A stretch of DNA of 52,958 nucleotides, taken from UHGV virus genome UHGV-0074814; one strand, given 5' to 3'. The notes beneath the pieces were generated by a model that saw only the letters and a program-made list of their open reading frames with translations, was not told the origin of the DNA and searched no databases. Origin of the DNA: a virus. This document shows positions 1-9,367 of the stretch, one piece after another (position 1 is the first letter of the stretch; each line of letters opens with the position of its first letter). A program made the position numbers and the translations under genes.

Positions 1-405
1 ATGGATCAGGTCGTTGTTTTTCAAAAGATGTTTGAGCAAGTGAGAAAAGAGCAAAACTTCTCCTGGTTTTATTCAGAATTAAAACATCACCGTATTGCAC
101 ATTACATTTATTATCTGGCTACGGATAACATCAGAATTATTACTCACGATGACACGGTTTTGTTATTAAGAGGAACCAGGAGCCTGTTAAAAGTTAGTAC
201 GATCAAGAACCCAACTAAAATAAAAGAGGCCGCATTGCTTCATATTCGCGGAAAATCTACATTTCGGGAATACTGTTCAACACTGGCAGGCGCAGGCGTT
301 TTCCGGTGGGTTACTGATGTTAATCATAACAAACGCAGTTACTACGCCATTGATAATACGCTTTTATATATTGAAGATGTAGAAAATAATAAACCATTAA
401 TATAA
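1..405 (+). CDS. hypothetical protein in left flank (134 aa); possibly DUF1398-like
   Basis: Complete ORF outside the icd repeat; no motif recognised with certainty; family guess from memory only. Confidence 0.3.
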   Translation: MDQVVVFQKMFEQVRKEQNFSWFYSELKHHRIAHYIYYLATDNIRIITHDDTVLLLRGTRSLLKVSTIKNPTKIKEAALLHIRGKSTFREYCSTLAGAGVFRWVTDVNHNKRSYYAIDNTLLYIEDVENNKPLI

Positions 406-620
406 CTAAAGTTGGGAGCTTAAGAAATGCTTCATAATTCAGTAAGGCATTAGCATAATGGAAATAAAAGTGCAGAGACCATCCCTATGGATGATTAATA
501 CTGTCTTTTTATTGCCCCCCATAATTAATCACCAGACCAATACGATCAAATTGATATTTGAAATGTGTTCACTTGACTTTTGATACGTTATTTTATAACG
601 GTTAACATATTTATAAAAAC

Positions 621-643
621 AACGGGCGTGTTATACGCCCGTT
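621..643 (-). terminator. rho-independent terminator hairpin downstream of icd 3' fragment
   Basis: 9-bp perfect stem aacgggcgt/acgcccgtt with 5-nt loop; on minus strand followed by GTTTTTAT; lies just past the icd stop. Confidence 0.45.
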
Positions 644-666
644 TCAATATTTAACACATATAGAGA

Positions 667-831
667 TTACATATTCTTGATGATCGCGTCACCAAACTCT
701 GAACATTTCAGCAGTTTAGCGCCCTCCATCAGACGTTCGAAGTCATAGGTTACGGTCTTGGCGTTGATTGCGCCTTCCATACCTTTAACAATCAGGTCAG
801 CCGCTTCAGTCCAACCCATATGGCGCAGCAT
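667..831 (-). pseudogene. icd: icd 3'-terminal fragment (copy 1, att-associated; last ~54 codons only)
   Basis: Minus-strand translation [54 protein letters not shown]-stop matches isocitrate dehydrogenase C-terminus; no upstream icd body. Confidence 0.8.
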
Positions 832-1368
832 TAGATTTAGAAAATTATTATATCCAATTGAATTAAAACAATTTTATACTTAACGAACATCTAAACTTGT
901 TTTTTTACCTTCACCATAACTCGCTGATTTTGTATAGTTTACGTAGCGTTTTGATAACCACTTTATGGCAAAATGGAGGTTCGCTTGAAAACTTCTGTTC
1001 TTATCCAGAAATTAATGGAAATTGACAAAACTGTACTATTCGATGCGGACGTAGTGACCGGTGAGGAATGGTGGCCAACCCCGATTTCTCGTGTTTATCA
1101 CAATCCGCCACATACTTATGTAGAATTTTAAACAGGTGAACAATCTCAAAATGAATCTGACGAGCTAAGTGTTTATAGCGAATTACAAATTTGTGCACAT
1201 CGAATGATGCAAATTAGAGATTTTGTGCAATCTAACGAGGGACTGAAACCTGAAAAAATTGTTTCGGAAATAAACATTCAAATTGAACGTATTAAAAAGT
1301 GATGGCTGAAGCAATTCTGAAACACTAATTCATATTCTATGTTATTCATACCAATGTGGATTTAACTC

Positions 1369-1432
1369 CCACCAACCCACCAACCCACCAACCCACCAAC
1401 CCACCAACCCACCAACCCACCAACCCACCAAC
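1369..1432. repeat. perfect tandem simple sequence repeat, 8 copies of CCACCAAC
   Basis: Counted directly: 8 identical contiguous 8-bp units from 1369 to 1432. Confidence 0.95.
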
Positions 1433-1689
1433 CATGATTGGGCGGCGCAAGAAACTAATATCAATTAAAACAGCAAGTTATCAGTCTAAACAGAACACCA
1501 ACGGGATGGAGGAGAGACAAAAAATATCCAATGAAACCGTAGCGCGTCAGCATTCAAAAGCGGGGTTTCTTATTTTTACTTCACCAGTAACAAATACACT
1601 GTATCATAACTACATAAAAATGATTGTTCTGACTCAGATGAATTTCTTACTCTTGTGGAATGTCACTTAATGTTATTTATAGGTAAACA

Positions 1690-3579
1690 ATGAAATCCGA
1701 AACGCTAACCATCCAGCAAATTTTCCAAAATCAACGACAATATCGTGTTCCATTCTATCAACGTGCCTACGTATGGACGCAACGAAACCAATGGTCAGCT
1801 TTGTTGGAGGATATCTTCGAAAAAGCACAGAGCCGACTTTCGGGAACAAAACCAACCCCTCATTTCCTCGGCGCGGTGGTGCTGGAACCTCAACTCAAAA
1901 ACAGCTTGTTAGGTGTAGATACCATACATATTATTGACGGCCAGCAACGTTTAACCACTCTTCAATATATTCTGGCATCCATTCGATTATCATTGCGTGC
2001 TACAGGCCTTTCTGAACTGGAAGGGTTAGTATTGACTTGCTTGAAAAATACAAACGAAGCAACGATGAGAAATAAAAAGGTAGAATGCTTCAAACTGTGG
2101 CCAACTTTTCGAGATCAAACTCATTTTATTCAAAGTCTTAATGTTGATAATATTGACGATCTCCGTAATGTATTTTCTGATAGCTTCACGCAACATGGTA
2201 CGTTACGTAAACATTTCAACCACCCGCCGTCACTAGAGGCATTATGGTTTTTTACTGAAGCCTTTATAAAATGGATTAAAATAGAAAACCACTCACCACA
2301 AGAAAATGCTGTAGCACTAATTGAGGCTGTCTTGACGGATCTGAAACTGGTAAGCATATTTCTCGAAGCTGAAGATGATGCCCAAATAATTTTTGAAACA
2401 TTAAATGGGCGAGGAGCGGAACTTCATGCAACGGATCTTATTCGCAACTATATCTTTATGTGCGCTGAGCATGAAAATATTAATGCTATTGAATTATATG
2501 AAAATGAGTGGAAGATCTTTGAAGATAAATACTGGTCGGAAAAGCAACGCCGTGGACGTATTAATAAACCACGCATGGAGTGGCTTGTACATGCGACATT
2601 GCAATCAGAAAGGCAGCGTGAAATTGATCTGTCTCGCCTTTACAATGAGTATCGTGATTATGTAAGTAAGGACTTGCCTTCACAACGAGCAGATCTGCAA
2701 GTAAAGCGCCTCAAACAATATGCATCACAATATAAAGAATTGGTTGGTGGTTTTGGCACAACCCCCATCTCACACTTTGGACATCGCATCGCAGCCTATG
2801 ATGTGACGACACTCTATCCGCTTGCTTTGTTCATTTCGATAGCTAACATCGCCGATGATGAGAAAGCAGCCATGTATAATGATCTTGTCTCCTACGTAGT
2901 ACGAAGATCCGTATGTGGCCTGACGCCAAAGAATTACAACAATGTATTTATGAATGTATTGCGACACTTGTCTAAAACGGAAATTTCCAGTGTTGAGTTA
3001 CGTAATATCCTCAATAGCTTAAATGGCGAAGCCTCACGTTGGCCTGGGGACTCAGAATTTCTCAACGCTTGCATCAATGCTCCACTTTATCCTGGCAGGC
3101 TCGACGCACCGAAAATGCGCTCAATGTTAACGGAACTTGAAAGAGAACTTTGTCGCCAAGTGAAGACAGAAAAGCCTGATGTTCCAAATCTTTCTAATCT
3201 CGATATCGATCATCTTATGCCTCAAAGTTGGTATTCCTGTTGGCCTCTCGAAAATGGTCATATGGTGACAAATTCAGATGCTACGGTAATGAACCAAATT
3301 GTTCTGTCTGGAACCGATCTTACCCCTGAACAGCTACTGGTAAGGAAACGGCAACAAGCGATAGCTACGTTGGGAAATCTAACTTTGCTTAACCTTAGCG
3401 TAAACCGTTCCGTTCAGAATGCTGTATTTCTGAAAAAACGTGATGCTCTCATCGTCCACACCAATCTACGACTGAACATACCACTTATACTTAAGGATAA
3501 ATGGGATGAGAGTGAAATACAGGAGCGAGGTAAAAAGTTGGGGGAAATTGCATTGAAAGTATGGCCAAAATACGATTAA
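1690..3579 (+). CDS. DUF262/DUF1524 family protein, GmrSD-like type IV (modification-dependent) restriction endonuclease candidate
   Basis: N-terminal FYQRAYVW and IIDGQQRLTT (DUF262/ParB-like DGQQR motif); C-terminal DIDHLMPQS His-Me/HNH-like motif (DUF1524); SD AGGTAA 5 nt before ATG. Confidence 0.6.
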   Translation: MKSETLTIQQIFQNQRQYRVPFYQRAYVWTQRNQWSALLEDIFEKAQSRLSGTKPTPHFLGAVVLEPQLKNSLLGVDTIHIIDGQQRLTTLQYILASIRLSLRATGLSELEGLVLTCLKNTNEATMRNKKVECFKLWPTFRDQTHFIQSLNVDNIDDLRNVFSDSFTQHGTLRKHFNHPPSLEALWFFTEAFIKWIKIENHSPQENAVALIEAVLTDLKLVSIFLEAEDDAQIIFETLNGRGAELHATDLIRNYIFMCAEHENINAIELYENEWKIFEDKYWSEKQRRGRINKPRMEWLVHATLQSERQREIDLSRLYNEYRDYVSKDLPSQRADLQVKRLKQYASQYKELVGGFGTTPISHFGHRIAAYDVTTLYPLALFISIANIADDEKAAMYNDLVSYVVRRSVCGLTPKNYNNVFMNVLRHLSKTEISSVELRNILNSLNGEASRWPGDSEFLNACINAPLYPGRLDAPKMRSMLTELERELCRQVKTEKPDVPNLSNLDIDHLMPQSWYSCWPLENGHMVTNSDATVMNQIVLSGTDLTPEQLLVRKRQQAIATLGNLTLLNLSVNRSVQNAVFLKKRDALIVHTNLRLNIPLILKDKWDESEIQERGKKLGEIALKVWPKYD

Positions 3580-3601
3580 TGCAATTAATAAAATGATTAT
3601 A

Positions 3602-3625
3602 GCGGCCTTACATTAGTAAGGCCGC
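3602..3625. terminator. hairpin between convergent DUF262 gene and pin remnant (possible bidirectional terminator)
   Basis: Perfect 10-bp stem gcggccttac/gtaaggccgc with 4-nt loop; A/T-rich flanks. Confidence 0.4.
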
Positions 3626-3804
3626 AACTCACTATTAAATCCTTTAATTTGCATCAAGAACAGCACTGTCAGCCCTAGGCTCTCGGACTTTGTACCGCTT
3701 ATCTTGTCTTCAAAAATCAGCTCGCATCCTGCACAGTTCAACGCATTACGTTGTAGATCGATTTTCTGGTCATTTGTTGATACGCAAACATAGCCAATAA
3801 GCAT
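3613..3804 (-). pseudogene. truncated serine invertase (Pin/Gin/Hin family), N-terminal ~45 residues conserved then divergent
   Basis: MLIGYVCVSTNDQKIDLQRNAL matches invertase catalytic N-terminus (Ser in VSTNDQ); ORF only 64 aa versus ~185-190 aa; SD GAGGGAG before ATG at 3804. Confidence 0.65.
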
Positions 3805-3830
3805 GGTAGCTCCCTCTGACAAAAGCAGGA

Positions 3831-4220
3831 ATGATGCCATTTTCTCGTTATTTCTGCATTTTCATAAACGTTGGTTTGGGAGAATTATCTCTGGCTGGCA
3901 CTGCATCGGGTGTCATTGGTCTGAATGGGTATGTAACGATTCCGTTAATTATTTCAGGTTCCCGGAGAACACTGATTATTCAGTGGGGGCAGGCGAGATT
4001 TGGTGGGTCTGGTGGTGAAGATGCCGGATATCTTAATGATTTTCCTTTTGCCTTTCCGTCAGCATGTTATGGAATGATAGTTAGTCATGTGGGGCATACA
4101 CCTTCAGGCGCAGGAATCCTGTCGGCTTCTGCAATTACATCAAATCAGTTCCGCGGTTTTTCAAGCATAGCGACTGCTGCAAATGCTGTATTAGGTCGTT
4201 ATATCGCTATAGGGGGTTAA
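3831..4220 (+). CDS. alternative tail-fibre C-terminal variable segment (silent orientation)
   Basis: Gly/Ser-rich fibre-like sequence inside the invertible segment, opposite strand to the expressed fibre gene; true reading frame entry is at the crossover site. Confidence 0.4.
   Translation: MMPFSRYFCIFINVGLGELSLAGTASGVIGLNGYVTIPLIISGSRRTLIIQWGQARFGGSGGEDAGYLNDFPFAFPSACYGMIVSHVGHTPSGAGILSASAITSNQFRGFSSIATAANAVLGRYIAIGG
3859..3884. repeat. invertase crossover site (gix/pix-like), left arm of invertible tail-fibre segment
   Basis: ttttcataaacgttggtttgggagaa; its reverse complement resembles site at 5389-5414 and the Mu gix core pattern AAACC-N-GTTT. Confidence 0.5.
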
Positions 4221-4221
4221 T

Positions 4222-4659
4222 ATGTTTTATAGTCCATCATTAAACATTTTTGTGAATCCTGCGCTTAAGGATGATTACATTAATGCAAATTCATGGCCAG
4301 ATGATGCTCTGGCTGTCAGTGATGATGTTTATAATGAATTTGCAATCAATACGCCCCCATATGACAAAATTCGTGTTGCAGGAAAAAATGGATTACCCAC
4401 ATGGGCACTAATACCTCCACCATCGCATGAAGAACTTATTCAACAGGCAGAATCAGAAAGGCAATTATTGCTTAATCAGGCCAACGAATACATGAACAGT
4501 AAACAATGGCCCGGTAAAGCCGCTATTGGTCGTCTGAAAGACGAGGAACTGGCACTATATAATTTGTGGCTGGATTACCTGGACGCACTGGAACTGGTGG
4601 ATACCTCCAGTGCTCCAGATATTGAATGGCCTACACCTCCGGTAACTCAGGCCAGCTAA
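4222..4659 (+). CDS. tail fibre assembly protein (alternative copy, silent orientation)
   Basis: C-terminus LVDTSSAPDIEWPTPPV matches conserved Tfa C-terminal motif VDTSTAPDIEWP. Confidence 0.6.
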   Translation: MFYSPSLNIFVNPALKDDYINANSWPDDALAVSDDVYNEFAINTPPYDKIRVAGKNGLPTWALIPPPSHEELIQQAESERQLLLNQANEYMNSKQWPGKAAIGRLKDEELALYNLWLDYLDALELVDTSSAPDIEWPTPPVTQAS

Positions 4660-5026
4660 TCTCAGGAGCCGTCGAAGTGTCGACGGCTTTTACTTCTTTT
4701 TTGTAGTCCATCCAGGCGGATAGTTTTTCTTTATCTGTACTGCTGATATCACCAAGCATTAATTCCACTCGCCAGTCAGCTGTGACATTATCGGCATGAG
4801 CAAGTAACTGCATTCGCTGATTTTCAGCACGTGCGACATAATCAATCGCCGGAGATTTCAGTACCGGTAAACCATTTTCATCTGACGTGATTAATTTACC
4901 CCCTTCCTGCTGTCCGGCAATTAATTCATTGTATAAGTCTGTACTTATCTCAACAATGTCAGCAGGCATGTCGCTGTTTATACCATCAAAGAAAAAACCA
5001 TTAGTCGATTTTGAGAAATAAATCAT
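4631..5026 (-). CDS. tail fibre assembly protein (expressed orientation)
   Basis: C-terminus AVDTSTAPEISWPELPEV matches Tfa motif; follows the tail fibre gene; start taken at the ATG (MIYFSK) at 5026 instead of the upstream non-ATG start of the ORF track. Confidence 0.6.
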   Translation of the reverse strand: MIYFSKSTNGFFFDGINSDMPADIVEISTDLYNELIAGQQEGGKLITSDENGLPVLKSPAIDYVARAENQRMQLLAHADNVTADWRVELMLGDISSTDKEKLSAWMDYKKEVKAVDTSTAPEISWPELPEV

Positions 5027-5034
5027 AGATATAC

Positions 5035-5691
5035 CTATACACCGATTGCTACCCAAAAACAGGACCTTTCATATTTGACAATTTCTCCCTGAGATATACC
5101 GCCAACAATTATATAGAACTGTGATTTGGTGATATCAGAACAGTTCGCAATGCCCATTGCAGATATACCCGCCACCGACGTTGTATGTGGTACAGCCAAC
5201 AGCGCAAGTGAACGACTTGGGAATGTTACCGGGTAAGTCACCGTATAGTTTGATGCTCCACTGACTATACCCCACTGAATAATCAGACCTGAAGGGAGTT
5301 TTTGAAAACCCGTTGATGAAAGTGAACTGGCAAACGCCGCCATATCCGGAATTTGGTTTTGCTCGTTACCCACATTTCGTTTTGCCGCTTCTCTCAAACC
5401 AAGGTTTTGAAGAGCCGTTTTCACCGTGCCGTCCGATTTGATATCGCCAAACGGATTTTTGCGACTTAACAGCAGCGCACGAAGCGCGGTAAGCAGCTGG
5501 TCATGCCGCCCCTTCTCCAGGCTGGCACCGGATGCCTCCACCACGCTGCAGAGCTCTTCCTGCAACATGTCAAAGTAGTCATCATCCAGATCGGTGGCAG
5601 GCGTGCCGGTCTGGGGGTTACCACGGGTAAAACCGTTCTTACCCGCGCCGAACTTATCCTTCTGCGCGGTTTTCGTGTCTATACGATGCAT
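5035..5691 (-). CDS. tail fibre protein (Mu S / e14 Stf-like) with constant N-terminus and invertible C-terminus
   Basis: Position after baseplate genes; crossover site at 5389-5414 lies inside the gene; followed by Tfa. Confidence 0.55.
   Translation of the reverse strand: MHRIDTKTAQKDKFGAGKNGFTRGNPQTGTPATDLDDDYFDMLQEELCSVVEASGASLEKGRHDQLLTALRALLLSRKNPFGDIKSDGTVKTALQNLGLREAAKRNVGNEQNQIPDMAAFASSLSSTGFQKLPSGLIIQWGIVSGASNYTVTYPVTFPSRSLALLAVPHTTSVAGISAMGIANCSDITKSQFYIIVGGISQGEIVKYERSCFWVAIGV
5389..5414. repeat. invertase crossover site, right arm, inside tail fibre gene
   Basis: ttctctcaaaccaaggttttgaagag is an inverted near-copy of 3859-3884. Confidence 0.5.
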
Positions 5692-5694
5692 GGA

Positions 5695-6279
5695 TTACTC
5701 CGGATATTTAAAAATTACGTAGGTATGCGACGGGCAGAGTTTGTTAAGCACACATTCGACAACTGTGTCGCCCCAGATACGCAGTGCGGAATCACAGGGA
5801 TCGCCACATGTCATCCAGGTGGTGTTGGTGGCGGCTGGCATGTTGACCTGCCAGTAATACCGCCATTCAGGCGCGTTCACAGCGTCAGTACAGGCCGATG
5901 AGCAGGTGAACGTGCTTTTGTCGTATCGCGTGATAGTGGCATCTGGTCTGCCCAGGGCAGCAAGCTGTGCAAGATAAAAATCCTCGTTGATGCCGCCCGC
6001 CAGGTTAACCTTCGCATCCAGCCGTTGCTGACGCTGGCGAAGGGTCTGTGTCCCTGCGGGAATACATTCATCCGGCAGACCGCACAGACGCTCCCAGCGG
6101 TTTATCAGTTCAGTGGTGGTGCGCGGATCCAGCTCCCGCATCAGGGCATCCGCACGCTGATGAACGCGGGATAATGACGGTGCCGCACCGGCAATCGCCG
6201 GATCGCTGGCTGACCACGCCGGACCGGGGGGCAACAGTGCCGACAACAGACGGATGTAATCATCGTTTGTCACGTCCAT
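5695..6279 (-). CDS. Mu gp48-like tail protein (DUF2313; YmfQ-like)
   Basis: 194 aa, position after baseplate J gene; length and order match Mu-type baseplate module. Confidence 0.5.
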   Translation of the reverse strand: MDVTNDDYIRLLSALLPPGPAWSASDPAIAGAAPSLSRVHQRADALMRELDPRTTTELINRWERLCGLPDECIPAGTQTLRQRQQRLDAKVNLAGGINEDFYLAQLAALGRPDATITRYDKSTFTCSSACTDAVNAPEWRYYWQVNMPAATNTTWMTCGDPCDSALRIWGDTVVECVLNKLCPSHTYVIFKYPE

Positions 6280-7328
6280 GAAATCGTCCCCAGTACCGCC
6301 AGTTCATTTTTTGCAATGGAGATATTGTCTGCCGGTGCAAGCAACTGATGGCTGTATTCCCCGTTCGCACCGGAAATCGCCTCACTGATACGCGATACCT
6401 TCAGTTCTCCCTGCGGATAACCATCACGCAGCAGGAACGAACGCAACTCCGCGGTGATGGCAGCCCGTATTTCCGGTGTGTCCGGCGTCACACGGATATG
6501 AAAATCCACCGTATGTGCCACCGGCCTGAACACATACAAATCAGAGCCTGCCACCGGGGCCAGTGGCCCGATATGTTGTCTTGCTGCCGTTTCCGTTGAT
6601 TCTTCCGGAATGGGATTAATCAGGTCACTGCTGGCAATCATCACACCGACAGTCCCCGTTCCCATCCAGTGACGGTATGTCCATGCGCGGGTAATGCCGG
6701 GCACTTCTTTAGCCCAGACGACATAGTCCCTGTCAGCCCCGCCCTGCGGCGTCCAGTAATACCGCTCAATGACGCGGGCTCGCCACGTTTCCAGCTCTTC
6801 AGTATCAAATCCACCTGTCAGGGTATCTGCCACGCCGGAAGACGGCAGACCATTAACCGGCGTGACCAGGATTAATGACGTACCGTCGTCAGCGTTACCG
6901 ACCGCGCCTGCACTTGAGCAGGCGATCGGCACGCGCAGGACACCACCGGAGCTGGTTGCATCGGCAGTTGCCGTGTACTGAACCAGGTCATCGCGCTGAA
7001 TAACACTCCCGGCGGTCACCTTCAGGCCATCGCTGACACCTTCCCAGCGCATATACCCGCTGGCAGCAGTGGCCCCCTTGCGCGGACACCGTTTCATCGC
7101 AGCATGTCGCGCCAGCCAGGACTCATCGCACAGGTCAGGCAGCATGTTCATCGCCAGATAATCGATGTACCCGTAAACCGTATGCAGCGCCGCCGCATAC
7201 ACCTTTGCCCGCACGTCTTCATCCATGCGCCGGAGCGTGTCGCTGACGTCCAGCCTGGCGAATAAATCGTTACGGAGCATACTGATATTTTCTGCCAGCG
7301 TCGGGCGCTGAAATTCACTGTCCGCCAT
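6270..7328 (-). CDS. baseplate J-like protein (Mu gp47-like)
   Basis: 352 aa; order and size in Mu-like baseplate block. Confidence 0.6.
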   Translation of the reverse strand: MADSEFQRPTLAENISMLRNDLFARLDVSDTLRRMDEDVRAKVYAAALHTVYGYIDYLAMNMLPDLCDESWLARHAAMKRCPRKGATAASGYMRWEGVSDGLKVTAGSVIQRDDLVQYTATADATSSGGVLRVPIACSSAGAVGNADDGTSLILVTPVNGLPSSGVADTLTGGFDTEELETWRARVIERYYWTPQGGADRDYVVWAKEVPGITRAWTYRHWMGTGTVGVMIASSDLINPIPEESTETAARQHIGPLAPVAGSDLYVFRPVAHTVDFHIRVTPDTPEIRAAITAELRSFLLRDGYPQGELKVSRISEAISGANGEYSHQLLAPADNISIAKNELAVLGTISWT

Positions 7329-7743
7329 GCGTTATCGCACTCCACAGATCATCAAAAGAAATCATTACCGGTCCGTCACGACGCCAGAGAGTGATACTGT
7401 TACCCAGTTCATTAATCCCAGTGCGGCGGATATCCAGATCAATACGGGACACCACGCCGTCATCAATCATCCATTGCAGGCATTCGCGGATATACCCCCT
7501 TACCGTCTGCACCAGCTGATTGGTCAGTTTGCTGCGCTGAAGCAGCCACAGTCGGGAGCCGTAACGGTCATTCTGTACCGCAGGCCAGGTATCCCCCCAC
7601 CATCCCATCGGGACGTCGGCGTTGTCATCAGGCTCCGCCCGCCGCCAGGTAAACAGGGAAATCACCACGGCGCGGGTCAGCGGATCCAGCGGTGCGCTGG
7701 CGCAGGTGCGTTTACCGTTCACCGTCAGCCACAGTTCCATCAT
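7315..7743 (-). CDS. baseplate protein, phage GP46 family (Mu gp46-like)
   Basis: 142 aa; synteny in Mu-like baseplate block. Confidence 0.5.
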   Translation of the reverse strand: MMELWLTVNGKRTCASAPLDPLTRAVVISLFTWRRAEPDDNADVPMGWWGDTWPAVQNDRYGSRLWLLQRSKLTNQLVQTVRGYIRECLQWMIDDGVVSRIDLDIRRTGINELGNSITLWRRDGPVMISFDDLWSAITHGGQ

Positions 7744-8288
7744 GCCTCCATCGCTTTATCAGGTTTGTCGGTGTTACTGCCCTGACCGTTCTCTCTGTGA
7801 CGATGCCCGTTATAGGCAAGCCGCATCGCTGACATGGTAGTGCCGCTGGAGTCGCACAGGTCTTTCACCTGTCCTGTCACTTCCAGGTCCATTTCAAAAC
7901 GTGCTTTAGGTGAATTGCGAAACGTGATCGTTTTACCTGCACCGTCCACCACGATCCCCTCCCGGGTCAGCGTCACGGACTGCCCCTGATCGTCATAGAC
8001 AGCCACCTCACCCGTCTGCAGCCCTTTCAGGCGGTAGCGCCGGTCCGACACCGTAACAACCACCGCATGAGAACGGTCGCCATCCGGAAACAACACCACC
8101 GCTTCCGCACCGCTGTTTGCCCTTGCGGTAAAACCGTAGGGTTCAAGATGCTCAACCCCGGCTTTGGGTTCACCGGCAATCAGGGACACATCCACGGTCT
8201 GACATTTCGTGGCGGCACTGATGCTTTTCACCACGGCCCGCCCAATCAGGCCGAGGAGTTGTCGCTGCATGGCTTCAATCGTCCTCAT
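7740..8288 (-). CDS. baseplate assembly/spike protein (Mu gp45-like)
   Basis: 182 aa; synteny. Confidence 0.5.
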   Translation of the reverse strand: MRTIEAMQRQLLGLIGRAVVKSISAATKCQTVDVSLIAGEPKAGVEHLEPYGFTARANSGAEAVVLFPDGDRSHAVVVTVSDRRYRLKGLQTGEVAVYDDQGQSVTLTREGIVVDGAGKTITFRNSPKARFEMDLEVTGQVKDLCDSSGTTMSAMRLAYNGHRHRENGQGSNTDKPDKAMEA

Positions 8289-9367
8289 CAGAACGGGTCC
8301 TCCTGTACTCTGGCTTTTTTCTTTTTCCGCGCGCCGGGGGCTTCGGGTTCAGGCAGATAAGCATCAGACGGGCCGACACGGATTTCCGTCAGGGTGCCGT
8401 TCTGGTCCTGAGTAAACGTGACTTCCGAAACAAGCAGTTCGGTATTATCGAAACCACAGACCGGATCGAAGACAATCACCCGCTGGTTAGGCTGCCACAG
8501 CGTACCGTTACCCTGTCGCCAGCCCTGCACCACATAGGTGGTTTCATCCGTCCGCGCCGCCCGTTGTCGGGCTTCAAAGTCAGCACGGGCAATACAGCCT
8601 GCCCCCGTAGCCTGCCCTGTCTGCCTGATATACATCGGACGGTAACGGGCAATAAATGCGTCCTCTGTGCGGGCCCGCAGCGCGGTGGTGGTAGCCTCAC
8701 CGAAATCATCGTCGTTTCCGGCACGCTGCCCCGCCACCTGGTAAACTGAAAACCGCTCCCGGATACTCTTCTCCGTATCGCAGGAAAGGATGTTTTCCCC
8801 GAGTACCAGCGCGGTATGTGCCCGCGTTGAGCCAATACCGCCAATCACCAGCCTGCCGTGCGGGTCGTCGTAAGCCAGTGCCTGCTGCTGACCGAGTATT
8901 TTGTTGATCACCTCAATCACCGTTTCGCCGTGATCAGGCTGGACATCAGGAATAACACCCGACGGCGCACCGCTGTTCACCACCTCAATGCCGAAAGGCG
9001 CAGCAAGCGCCTGCGCAATCTGAACCAGCGATCGTCCGTTAAACGGTGTCGGTTCGGCTGCACAGTCAATCAGGTCAGCGGTCAGACTACGCCCGGCAAT
9101 ACCGGTGCTGACCGAACGGGCATCGTAACGAACGGGGGTCGCTTCCACCCAGCCAGTGATCACCAGCTCATCACCAATCAGCACTTCCACTTTTGAACCG
9201 TTTTTAATACGCGGCTGAAGCGTGGTGATACCCTCATCTCCCGGCCACTGGCGGGTGATCTCCACACTGAAATCCCGCGCCAGCCGTTCAATACCGGCAC
9301 CGATGCGCACCGATGTCCAGCCATTCCACTCCCGGCCATTTACCCGTAGCGTGACGTTATCGTTCAT
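8288..9367 (-). CDS. Mu gpP-like tail/baseplate hub protein
   Basis: 359 aa; synteny between gpN-like and gp45-like genes. Confidence 0.5.
   Translation of the reverse strand: MNDNVTLRVNGREWNGWTSVRIGAGIERLARDFSVEITRQWPGDEGITTLQPRIKNGSKVEVLIGDELVITGWVEATPVRYDARSVSTGIAGRSLTADLIDCAAEPTPFNGRSLVQIAQALAAPFGIEVVNSGAPSGVIPDVQPDHGETVIEVINKILGQQQALAYDDPHGRLVIGGIGSTRAHTALVLGENILSCDTEKSIRERFSVYQVAGQRAGNDDDFGEATTTALRARTEDAFIARYRPMYIRQTGQATGAGCIARADFEARQRAARTDETTYVVQGWRQGNGTLWQPNQRVIVFDPVCGFDNTELLVSEVTFTQDQNGTLTEIRVGPSDAYLPEPEAPGARKKKKARVQEDPF

Noticed and set aside
667-831. Intact icd gene
   Set aside because: Only the last ~54 codons are present at either copy; sequence upstream of each fragment is unrelated to icd.
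975-1300. Short ORFs (about 52 aa and about 55 aa in different frames) in the AT-rich stretch between the icd repeat and the restriction gene
   Set aside because: Below size threshold and apparently frameshifted relative to one another; possibly a decayed gene, not confidently callable.
1369-1432. Possible CRISPR array suggested by regular short repeats
   Set aside because: Units are contiguous 8-bp tandem copies with no spacers and no cas genes nearby; this is a simple sequence repeat.
1356-1670. ORF encoding a PTNPPTHQ-repeat protein
   Set aside because: Product is low-complexity and generated by reading through the 8-bp repeat; more likely a leader or non-coding region than a functional protein (kept only as context for the phase-variation hypothesis).
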